Positions 20,469 through 32,000 of a stretch of DNA of 32,000 nucleotides are shown piece after piece. The stretch is from Wolbachia endosymbiont of Drosophila innubila (GTDB lineage: Bacteria; Pseudomonadota; Alphaproteobacteria; Rickettsiales; Anaplasmataceae). The translations under genes and the position numbers were made by a program. Numbering within the stretch: position 1 is the first letter of the stretch; the number at the start of each line of letters is the position of its first letter. The notes beneath the pieces are model-generated. The model saw only the letters and a program-made list of their open reading frames with translations, searched no databases and was not told the DNA's origin. The DNA is taken from contig NZ_CP076228.1 in NCBI RefSeq assembly GCF_021378375.1, positions 210,001-242,000 on the forward strand, read 5' to 3'.

Positions 20469-21956
20469 TTAATATATATATAAATTCTTATCTTTTCTAT
20501 CTAACAAACCAAATGTTGGTACGATTGTTGCTTTTAAAAAAATGACAGTTTCTACTGTTCTAATATTATTCGCTAGCCTTTTTGATTTCTGATGCAATAA
20601 GCTTTGCTTATCTTCTCTATGTTCTATAAGCCCGCCGATTACCATAATTTCACCGCTCTTAATTTTTAACATAGAGTTCATTTCTCTGATTTCAACAATT
20701 GGAATGTCGCTATTTAATTTCATTTTACTCTGCTGTGCGACGTACTCTATATCTGGATCTTTAGTGTAGCCGTTAATTCTTGATAAAGTTGGATGTATAT
20801 CCATGAATATTTCACTAGTATCAATGTTAATGCTTGGGTGGATTATTAGCACAACACCTATTGGGACGCTATTCATCTTGGTAATTAAGGTCTGATTAGA
20901 GTTTCTAGTATCTTTTTGTATATCGGAGGTAAAATAAATATGGTTTTTAGTAAATGAAATCATCGCTTGCTGATTATTTATAGCATGTACTCTGGGGCTT
21001 GAAATTACAGTTGAAGTGCCAAATTTGTCTAAATTTTTTACTAAATCTCCTAGATCATTTGCACCAAAGTTCATTGCTAGGTTAATAATGGAGTTATCTT
21101 GATTTATTATAGACTTAGTTCCATCTTGTAAGTCATTTAAGTTCATACCAGAAAGGTATTTGTCATCTAGCACAACTTCAACTATTTTTGCCTCTATCAT
21201 TACTTGAGAAGACGCTAACTTCTTAACCTTATTAATATATTCTTCAACAGCTTTGTGGATATCTTTTTTAGCATTCAAAATAATAACACCAGCTTCTCTG
21301 TTGGATGAAAGGAATTCGCCATCATCCACCCCGTTAACATCCATTATTGCATTCAAGCCTTTTTCTAATGAATTCCATAAGTCACTACTGTATTGAGACT
21401 TCATAACATTGTTATAGTCCCTATCAACGTTACTTCCATCACTGTTAGTAATATTGTTATTAATGACGAAACTGCTTTGAGCAGAATGTTGAATATTGAT
21501 GAAGTCTACGTAATAATTTTGTGCGTATGGCAAGTCCTGCTCAATTCTAATTACACCATTACTTGTTGAGTAACGCAGTTTGGCGCTATTTGCTATACTC
21601 TGAATTACTTCGTTTATATCCTTATCTTTTAGCTTTAAAATAATATTACCTGATATTTTTGGGTCCATATCCAAGTTAACGTCAGAAAGTTTTCCTATCT
21701 CAATCAGCAAATCCTTTACTGATACTTCTTCACTAACATTAATAGAAATAAGCTGATTACTGATTGTGAGATCGGGAAACTCTATTGGTAAAGGCATAAT
21801 TTCTGGTATTGCCGGTTCATTAATCTCCAAAGAGGTGTTATATTGTTGCAACGGATAATCGTGCTTATAATTGTCTATGTTAATAGGATATTGCTTGGTA
21901 GGTAGATGTGTGCAAGAAATAATGAAGAGGAGTATTAAGCATTTAAAAATAGCCAT
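20469..21956 (-). CDS. Secretin-family outer-membrane lipoprotein (PilQ/MshL/GspD-like)
   Basis: Lipobox LLFIISC after the ATG at 21956 (the track uses TTG at 21971). An N0/STN-like domain reads ISINVSEEVSVKDLLIEIGKLSDVNLD...VIQSIANSAKLRY. The secretin core reads VMIEAKIVEVVLDDKYLSGMNL...VISSPRVHAINNQQAMISF...IPIVEIREMNSMLKIKSGEIMVIGGLI. Confidence 0.8.
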   Translation of the reverse strand: MAIFKCLILLFIISCTHLPTKQYPINIDNYKHDYPLQQYNTSLEINEPAIPEIMPLPIEFPDLTISNQLISINVSEEVSVKDLLIEIGKLSDVNLDMDPKISGNIILKLKDKDINEVIQSIANSAKLRYSTSNGVIRIEQDLPYAQNYYVDFINIQHSAQSSFVINNNITNSDGSNVDRDYNNVMKSQYSSDLWNSLEKGLNAIMDVNGVDDGEFLSSNREAGVIILNAKKDIHKAVEEYINKVKKLASSQVMIEAKIVEVVLDDKYLSGMNLNDLQDGTKSIINQDNSIINLAMNFGANDLGDLVKNLDKFGTSTVISSPRVHAINNQQAMISFTKNHIYFTSDIQKDTRNSNQTLITKMNSVPIGVVLIIHPSINIDTSEIFMDIHPTLSRINGYTKDPDIEYVAQQSKMKLNSDIPIVEIREMNSMLKIKSGEIMVIGGLIEHREDKQSLLHQKSKRLANNIRTVETVIFLKATIVPTFGLLDRKDKNLYIY

Positions 21957-22090
21957 TAGAACAGCATACAAAATCTATACTAATAGATTTCTATAAAAAT
22001 ATTAAAAATGTATTTAATCTCATTTTCATCGAGCAGATAATTGTCGTGTATTAGCTTTGGCTATGTATTTTTTGTATACTCTTCTTGTAC

Positions 22091-23454
22091 TTAAATGTAG
22101 ACCAGCATAGCCCTAATTTTTTTATATATTGTACTTCTTTCTCTGTATTTAATAATAGGCTTGAAAATAAATGGTAAGCCTATAATTGTTAAGCTTAGAG
22201 CTAGGGTTGAAAGTATACAACAGGCTTTGTGTTTACTATGTAGCTCTTTCAGATAAAGCATCAAAAATCTATAAAATTTTTTGTAATTTTCTTCGATGTT
22301 TTTTTTGCTATGAGCCTTGCTAATGAACATATCTATTGCGGTATGATCGTTATTGCACTTAATGTTAAGGTCTGCACCTTTTTCTGTTAACAACTGAGCT
22401 ATATCAAAATAATCCTTTTGAACAGCAAGATGTAGAGGTGCAAAACCTTGTTGCTCACAAATGTTCATATTGGCTCTAACTTCCAATAACATTTTCACAA
22501 TTTGTGTATGGCCTTTTTTAACTGCGAGTAGCAAGGGAGTTCTGTTACATTTAGTAACAGCATTAACGTTTACCTTAAGCTTCAATAAGAGCTTAACTGT
22601 TTTAGTGTTACCATTATGGCTAGCTTTATGCAGCCTAGCGTTACCATTAAAATCTTGATCGTTTGCTTCTATTCCCTTTGAAACAAGAAATGTTACCATT
22701 TTTCTATTATTATGCTCAATAGCGCAATCTAACGCATCAAAACCATGGTTGTTTTTTGTGCAAAAAAACTCTTTAAGTTTAATTTATCGTTACTTGCTTG
22801 CTGTTTTTTTGCAATAAGTTTTACTATTTGCATTTTGTTGTTATACGCTGCTAGGAAAAGCGTAGTGTTATTTTCTGCATCTTTGGCTTCTATATTTGCA
22901 CCTTTCTTTATCAGATATTCTATAATTTCTGCTCTGCTGTCATAATGTGCGGTGCATTGATAAATGGTTAAAAACAAAGGAGTACGAAAATTGTTATCTT
23001 CACATTCGAGATTTGCTCCGCTATCAATTAAAATTTGGACGCTTTTTTTAGAACCGTATAGTGAAGCTATATGAAGAGGAGTATAGCCCTCTTTGGCATC
23101 TTTTTCATTAATTTTTGCGCCTTTTGTTATCAAAAAATCTATTAATTCCGTGTCATCTTGTAGTGCAGCAAGGTGCAGTGGAGTGAATCCATTTTTATCC
23201 TTGGAATTAATTGTCAGTTGGTTAACAAAAAGTTTAGCAACTTTCTTGTGTCCATGCATAATGGCGTAATGCAGAGGGTTTCTATTTTCGTTGTCTACGA
23301 CATTGAAATCAGCTTCGTGCTCTAGTAATGACTTTACTCCAACTAAATCGCCTTCTTTTGTGAACTTATGCAAGAGAGTGATTCCACTTGCATCTTTTGA
23401 GTTAATATCAAATCCATTTTCTACTAATTGGTTTATATCTTCCTCACGCGCCAT
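22091..23454 (-). pseudogene. Ankyrin-repeat protein with C-terminal TM helix, split by one frameshift (ORFs 23454..22729 and 22699..22091)
   Basis: About 10 ANK repeats (GxTPLHxAxxxGHxxxVxxLL pattern). The downstream frame reads through the junction as ...KEFFCTKNNHGFDALDCAIEHNNRKMVTFLVSKG, a complete ANK repeat. The frames switch across T7 and A6 runs (22752-22769 on '+'). The C-terminus has the hydrophobic stretch CCILSTLALSLTIIGLPFIF. Confidence 0.8.
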
Positions 23455-23595
23455 ATCACTTAAATCTCTAATTAAACTCTTTTCGCGTTAATAATACTCC
23501 TACTTGATTAAGTTTAAATGAATCTGTGAGAAATGGCTAGTGCATTCTTGCATAACAAACTTTTGGCAGCGCATTGGATGAAACGAAAAACTTAC

Positions 23596-23624
23596 TTGAC
23601 AAACTCCGCCAGCCCTCTTATCAT
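23596..23624 (+). promoter_or_regulatory. Near-consensus sigma70-type promoter with no downstream ORF
   Basis: TTGACA (23596-23601), a 17-nt spacer, then TATCAT (23619-23624). It lies in a 930-bp region with no ORF of 60 aa or more, and points toward the tandem array. Confidence 0.45.
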
Positions 23625-23912
23625 GAAACTGAAGCTATTTATTTATCTTCGCAATCTCTGCAGTGGATTAATGACAAAAAGCTTAATATATTTGGCGTAA
23701 ATCATGCTTAATTTTTTGCACTATGTGCACCTCATGTCTTTATAAAACTTTTAGGTTTCTACCTATACAAGCCGAAACGCGCTTATAAAGTGTTTAAGAC
23801 AGTAAAAGACGTCAAATAGACAAGGGAGAATTTGAATACTAGCTACCCTAGGGTTTCTTTGCCTTTTTTTTTATTTGGTAAATTTCTTAACATTTATAGC
23901 TAAACGACAACT

Positions 23913-24287
23913 GTCATTCCTGTAAAGGTCAAGTATCCCGCTACTTGTTAGCGGGATCTAGAGATACCGTGACGGTATGACGTAGGATTGCTGTCATTCT
24001 GCTACTTGTTAGCGGCTGAGATACCGCGAATGAATCGCGGTATGACGGTTCGCGGTGGCATGACGATAAGCTCGTCATTCTGCTACTTGTTAGCGGCTGA
24101 GATACCGCGAATGAATCGCGGTATGACGGTTAGCGGCGGCATGACGTAGGATTGCTGTCATTTCGCTACTTGTTAGCGGCTGAGATACCGCGAATAAATC
24201 GCGGTATGAGACGGTTAGCGGTGGCGTGACGATAAGCTCGTCATTCCGCTACGTGTTAGCGGCTAAGAGATATCGCGGTGGTATAGC
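23913..24287. repeat. Tandem array of ~4.5 structured palindromic units (81-83 bp) with alternating linkers (super-period ~165 bp)
   Basis: Units start at 23913, 23993, 24074, 24157 and 24240 with GTCATT. Each holds GCTACTTGTTAGCGG and ATACCGCGAATGAATCGCGGTAT hairpins and ends ...ATGACG. The linkers alternate TAGGATTGCT and ATAAGCTC. Confidence 0.9.
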
Positions 24288-24386
24288 TATAAATTGTTGA
24301 TATCTTTTTTATATCACATTTTTAACTTACAATAGTTAGCCAGCGTTCCTTACATTAACCAAATTTTTCAAATTCTGCACTCACCA

Positions 24387-25061
24387 CTACCTATAACTCA
24401 CTTTCACGCAATATTGATCGTTCTTAAAAAGCAATCTAACATTTTTTATTCCTTGATTGCGAAGCTTTGATGCAGCTGATTTAGCAGCCTGAGCACTTTT
24501 AAAAAATGCAACATATCCCTTACTTTCTGCACTGTCTTGTTTCGGATGACGTTTCTGCATTTCTTTTTCATATTGCTTTCTGTAATGAGGAGTATTTTGT
24601 ATCAATTGTTCTGACATCTTTCTTAGGTATTGAACTTTTACTTTTGCAAGCCCAGATTTATGAAATCTTAAGACTTGAGCTGCTTTTTCTGATAAGTCTA
24701 TTATTCTGCCTTCAATAAAAGGCCCTCTATCGTTAACCCTTGTAACAAGCTTTCTTCCGTTTTCTAAATTAGTGACAAGAACAAAGCAGGGTAAGGGCAA
24801 AGTCTTATGCGCTGCAGAGATCAAGTGACGGTTAAACGCTTCACCATTTGCTGTAAGTGTGCCATGATCTTCTATTCCATACCACGATGCTATCCCTATC
24901 TCTTCATAGTGTTTACAGTTTTTTGGATAATAAGTTATACCATTTATTGTGTAGCTGCTGCCAATTTTATAATGACCTGCAGTGCAGTTAAACCTGTTGC
25001 TAAAACTGCAGCTACTTATCAAAACAAATATTAGACATAGAAAGGTTAGGTTTTTTATCAT
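24387..25061 (-). CDS. rlpA: Septal-ring lytic transglycosylase RlpA-family lipoprotein (DPBB + SPOR)
   Basis: Lipobox VLISSC. DPBB core GIASWYG...[11 protein letters not shown]...AAHKTLPLP...[21 protein letters not shown]-terminal SPOR-like segment [18 protein letters not shown]. Confidence 0.88.
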   Translation of the reverse strand: MIKNLTFLCLIFVLISSCSFSNRFNCTAGHYKIGSSYTINGITYYPKNCKHYEEIGIASWYGIEDHGTLTANGEAFNRHLISAAHKTLPLPCFVLVTNLENGRKLVTRVNDRGPFIEGRIIDLSEKAAQVLRFHKSGLAKVKVQYLRKMSEQLIQNTPHYRKQYEKEMQKRHPKQDSAESKGYVAFFKSAQAAKSAASKLRNQGIKNVRLLFKNDQYCVKVSYR

Positions 25062-25123
25062 TGTATTCGGTAAGAGGGTTCGATATTATGAGGATTTTAA
25101 ATTATACTATAATAAATTTAGTA

Positions 25124-28873
<3,750 letters not shown>

Positions 28874-28965
28874 ATTTTCTATTTATGGATGTACAAGAAT
28901 GGTAGCGTGCAACCAGAACTAAGCGTACAGCTGTGCAAACATCGTGATTTGAGTCCACCAGAAGG

Positions 28966-29098
28966 GTGTCATCCCAGTGCCCAGACACTGGGATCCAGGA
29001 ATTTTATTAAGTTGGTAAGCATAAAAGTAGCCGTTTTATGTTAAAATACAACGTTTTGATGATTATGAAAAGGCTGGATTCCAGACTGGAATGACACC
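28966..29098. repeat. Complete intergenic copy of the hairpin-module element (A, 52-bp spacer, B)
   Basis: GTGTCATCCCAGTGcccagaCACTGGGATCCAG ... CTGGATTCCAGaCTGGAATGACACC. The architecture matches the ccmF copy. Further degenerate palindromes follow at 29117-29200. Confidence 0.85.
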
Positions 29099-29265
29099 AT
29101 CATAAAGTGAATCAGTGTCAGCTACTTGCATCTACCATGCAAGTTAACTGAAAATTGCAATGTTCGTACACTTGACTACTTGGATCTAGTATGATTTAAT
29201 TAACAAAGAAGTAGGCATGAAAAAATTATGTAGTGAACCAGTTTGCATAACACCAGGAGGAAAAT

Positions 29266-30660
29266 ATGGATAGAAAGACGAGAATAGAATCAGACAGCTT
29301 AGGGGAAGTAAAAGTACCAAGTGAACATTACTGGGGAGCACAGACTCAGCGTTCTTTAGAAAATTTTAAGATTGGCACAGAAAAAATGCCAGAGCCTCTG
29401 ATTAAAGCATTAGCAATAGTAAAACTTGCAGCAGCGCGTGTTAATATGAAACATGGTGTTATAGATGATAGGGTAGGGGACGCAATTTGCACAGCCGCGA
29501 GGGAAGTAATAGATGGCAAATTTAATAATGAATTTCCGCTTGTTGTTTGGCAAACCGGATCCGGAACGCAGACTAATATGAATATGAATGAAGTGATCAG
29601 CAATCGTGCAATAGAGATTTTAGGTGGTAATTTGGGTAGTAAATCTCCAATACATCCAAATGATCATGTGAATTATGGTCAGTCGTCAAATGACACCTTT
29701 CCAACAGCAATGCATATAGCAGCAGCAGAGCAAATAAACTGCTTGCTTATTCCAAATCTTGAAAAATTGCATAAGGTGCTGGATAATAAGGTTCAGGAAT
29801 TTAAAGATATAATAAAAGTAGGACGTACTCATCTGCAAGATGCAACGCCCCTAACACTAGGACAGGAGTTTTCTGGCTATGCAGCCCAGATTAAAAAGGG
29901 GATAGAGAGAGTAAAATCAACTTTAAGTGGTATATACGAGCTTGCACAAGGTGGCACTGCGGTTGGCACGGGACTCAATACTAAAAAGGGTTTTGCTGAA
30001 GATTTTGCAAAGCAAGTTGCAGGAATTACTAACCTTCCATTTACTTCAGCAGGCAATAAATTTGAAGCGCTAGCAGCAAATGATGCTTTAGTTGAGCTCA
30101 GTGGAACACTCAATACAGTAGCAGTCAGTTTAATGAAAATTGCAAATGATATAAGGTTGCTTGGTTCTGGTCCAAGATGCGGAATTGGGGAAATAATGTT
30201 ACCGGAAAATGAGCCTGGTTCTTCAATTATGCCAGGTAAAGTGAATCCAACTCAGTGTGAAGCGGTGACTATGGTATGCACTCAAGTTATGGGAAATCAT
30301 GTTGCTGTAACCATTAGTGGTTCAAACGGTCATTTTGAATTGAATGTGTTTAAGCCAGTGATAATTTACAATGTTTTGCAGTCTATAAGACTTTTAGCTG
30401 ACGCAAGTTTAAATTTTACAGAAAAATGTGTAGTTGGTATTAAAGCAAATGAAGAGAGGATAAAAGATTTACTGAATCAGTCGTTGATGTTGGTCACTAT
30501 ATTAAATACGCATATAGGGTACGACAATGCAGCAAAAATAGCGAAGCTTGCTTATAAAGAAAATATCACTCTAAAAGAAGCAGCAGCAAAACTTCAACTG
30601 CTCACTGAGGAAGAGTTTGAAAGGATAGTGAAACCAGAAGAAATGGTAAATTATTTGTAA
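29266..30660 (+). CDS. fumC: Class II fumarate hydratase
   Basis: 464 aa. [29 protein letters not shown] (fumarate lyase signature), and an RBS-like AGGAGG 7 nt upstream. Confidence 0.96.
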   Translation: MDRKTRIESDSLGEVKVPSEHYWGAQTQRSLENFKIGTEKMPEPLIKALAIVKLAAARVNMKHGVIDDRVGDAICTAAREVIDGKFNNEFPLVVWQTGSGTQTNMNMNEVISNRAIEILGGNLGSKSPIHPNDHVNYGQSSNDTFPTAMHIAAAEQINCLLIPNLEKLHKVLDNKVQEFKDIIKVGRTHLQDATPLTLGQEFSGYAAQIKKGIERVKSTLSGIYELAQGGTAVGTGLNTKKGFAEDFAKQVAGITNLPFTSAGNKFEALAANDALVELSGTLNTVAVSLMKIANDIRLLGSGPRCGIGEIMLPENEPGSSIMPGKVNPTQCEAVTMVCTQVMGNHVAVTISGSNGHFELNVFKPVIIYNVLQSIRLLADASLNFTEKCVVGIKANEERIKDLLNQSLMLVTILNTHIGYDNAAKIAKLAYKENITLKEAAAKLQLLTEEEFERIVKPEEMVNYL

Positions 30661-30854
30661 CCGCTCACACTTAATTCTTCAATCTCACTAATAGAAAGGC
30701 CAGTAAACTTGACAATAGTGTTAACATCAACATTATTATCTTGCTTTGTCTACCTTATTTTGCCGCTCCCCTGAACGGATACGGCTTAAGACATAAGATC
30801 CTTTTTCATAGCTATACTACGTTATCCAGCGTCTGGGCACTGGTTTCTTGGTAC

Positions 30855-31178
30855 TTATTCCGCAATAATTTTTTTTTCCTTCAATAAACTTTGCAGTTCG
30901 CCTTTTTCGTACATCTCGCGAGTGATGTCGCAACCACCAATAAACTCTTCCTTTATATATAATTGTGGAATTGTTGGCCAATCAGAAAACTTTTTTATAG
31001 ATTCACGTATTTCATCATTCTCCAACACGTTAATATACTTAAACTTCACGTTCAATTTTTTTAGGATTGACACGACGAGTCCAGAGAATCCGCATTGAGG
31101 AAAATCAGAAGTGCCTTTCATATATAATACCACATCATTTTCTGTTATATCTTTTTTTATTTGTTCAAAATTGCTCAT
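30855..31178 (-). CDS. grxD: Monothiol glutaredoxin (Grx4 family)
   Basis: 107 aa with the CGFS active site (PQCGFS) and WPTIPQLYI...FIGGCDI. Confidence 0.92.
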   Translation of the reverse strand: MSNFEQIKKDITENDVVLYMKGTSDFPQCGFSGLVVSILKKLNVKFKYINVLENDEIRESIKKFSDWPTIPQLYIKEEFIGGCDITREMYEKGELQSLLKEKKIIAE

Positions 31179-31193
31179 AAATTCACCTTATTT

Positions 31194-31412
31194 TTAAGTA
31201 TTAGTTTCCAGTTGCAAGGCGTGTATAGACTGACCTTCCAGAGCTTTATATACCATTTTATGCTGTTCTATTTTTGTCTTTCCAAGAAAACACTTGGAGT
31301 TTATTTTTAAATGATAATGGTCATCATCTCCAGCAAGATCATGAATCTTTATATCAGCGTCGGGGAACGATTGTTTGATGATCCTCTCTAATTCGTGAAT
31401 TGCAATAGTCAT
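31194..31412 (-). CDS. bolA: BolA-family protein
   Basis: 72 aa, DDHYHLKI...F.GK..IEQHKMVY.AL...IHALQL. It is adjacent to grxD, a common pairing. Confidence 0.85.
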   Translation of the reverse strand: MTIAIHELERIIKQSFPDADIKIHDLAGDDDHYHLKINSKCFLGKTKIEQHKMVYKALEGQSIHALQLETNT

Positions 31413-31523
31413 TGATTTGCTTTAAATTACAATACTTTCATTATAAATCTAAAACGATTGAGCGCAATAAAAAGTTGCTATCATAAAAAATAGAAGCATA
31501 CTATAATAATGGAATGACAAATT

Positions 31524-32000
31524 ATGCAGGGAGGCTTTGTGGTGGGCGAAAGATTTAAATTCACATATCTATTGGTTTTGCTAACTTTTTCATTTAGGTG
31601 CTTATCTTACGATGATAAAATAAATAACTTAGAGAATGTTTACATCAAAGCTAACTATTTTGGAGCATTCTTCAATGCAATAGGTTCTCTAGAAGGAAAA
31701 GAAGATGCAGGTGACAATATAACAGAGGGGGTTTTTAGTTTTAATAAGAAGGAGCGAATTGAAGCTGGATACAGTCCTAAATATGTTCCAGAGTTTGCCG
31801 GTAGTGCTGCAATAGGGTATTTATTCAAAAATATGAGAGTTGAGTTTGAAGGCTTATATTCTCAGACTAACTTATATGATGAAGATTATTCAGATAAGAA
31901 AAAAGCAAGATATATTGAACTTCGTCGTCACAATGATGCGTCTACTGGAGCGGAATGCAATTCACCTTGGAGAAGTGGAAAGGTTGATATTCACATTCAA
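31524..32000 (+). CDS. Surface-antigen (Wsp/P44/Msp2-type) outer-membrane protein, partial (3' end beyond window)
   Basis: My translation from the ATG at 31524 reads MQGGFVVGERFKFTYLLVLLTFSF (signal-like)...VYIKANYFGAFF...YVPEFAGSAAIGYLFKNMRVEFEGLYSQ, the family's Y/F-x-G and R-V-E-x-E-G-L-Y strand pattern. The frame stays open to position 32000. Confidence 0.65.
   Translation, partial: MQGGFVVGERFKFTYLLVLLTFSFRCLSYDDKINNLENVYIKANYFGAFFNAIGSLEGKEDAGDNITEGVFSFNKKERIEAGYSPKYVPEFAGSAAIGYLFKNMRVEFEGLYSQTNLYDEDYSDKKKARYIELRRHNDASTGAECNSPWRSGKVDIHIQ

Noticed and set aside
23913-24287. Possible CRISPR array, given regularly spaced palindromic repeats
   Set aside because: The units abut each other with only two alternating short linkers. 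There are no unique spacers, no leader region and no cas genes in the window. It is a tandem palindromic repeat, not a CRISPR.
28890-28966. tRNA-like look of GGTAGCGTGCAACCAGAACTAAGCGTACAGCTGTGCAAACATCGTGATTTGAGTCCACCAGAAGGG
   Set aside because: I could not build a T-arm: the stems flanking TTTGAGT do not pair. I could not build a 7-bp acceptor stem either. It is probably chance, or at most a decayed fragment.
30652-30750. Minus-strand peptide ...[31 protein letters not shown], resembling the helix-turn-helix C-terminus of Rpn-like PD-(D/E)XK transposases, abutting the fumC stop
   Set aside because: Only about 30 codons are open, with a stop immediately upstream. The similarity rests on my recollection of a short motif (TGLS.EEI..L). 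It may be a remnant related to the fragment at 3137-3382, but this is too weak to annotate without a database search.

Overview
AT-rich window whose gene content and repeats look like a Wolbachia-type (Anaplasmataceae, Rickettsiales) chromosome; the taxon call is inference. The backbone is housekeeping genes: clpB (partial), typA, pyrE, a DAACS symporter, pyrC, ccmF, gatA, mtaB, rlpA, murC, eno, obg, fumC, grxD, bolA. There are also two surface-antigen-type beta-barrel OMP genes and a lipoprotein secretin. The backbone is heavily colonised by selfish DNA. (1) A 913-bp IS5-family element with a TAA target duplication splits a ~413-aa hypothetical gene. (2) A ~1.8-kb group II intron with a recognisable domain V carries a reverse-transcriptase/maturase broken into three frames. 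It sits at the 3' end of an acidic, repeat-containing ORF with NLS-like motifs. (3) A second, unrelated ORF-less group II intron 5' remnant is nested in a truncated PD-(D/E)XK (Rpn-like) transposase gene. (4) A hairpin-module palindromic element family lies in frame inside ccmF and murC and also in intergenic DNA. (5) A second palindromic family forms a ~4.5-unit tandem array of ~82-bp units with alternating linkers, plus one solo copy. An ankyrin-repeat gene with a C-terminal TM helix is split by a frameshift at homopolymer runs. I found no rRNA, tRNA or CRISPR array. I see no clearly novel multi-gene system. The most interesting items are the putative nucleus-targeted effector ORF, the structured tandem array downstream of a near-consensus orphan promoter, and the orphan secretin.
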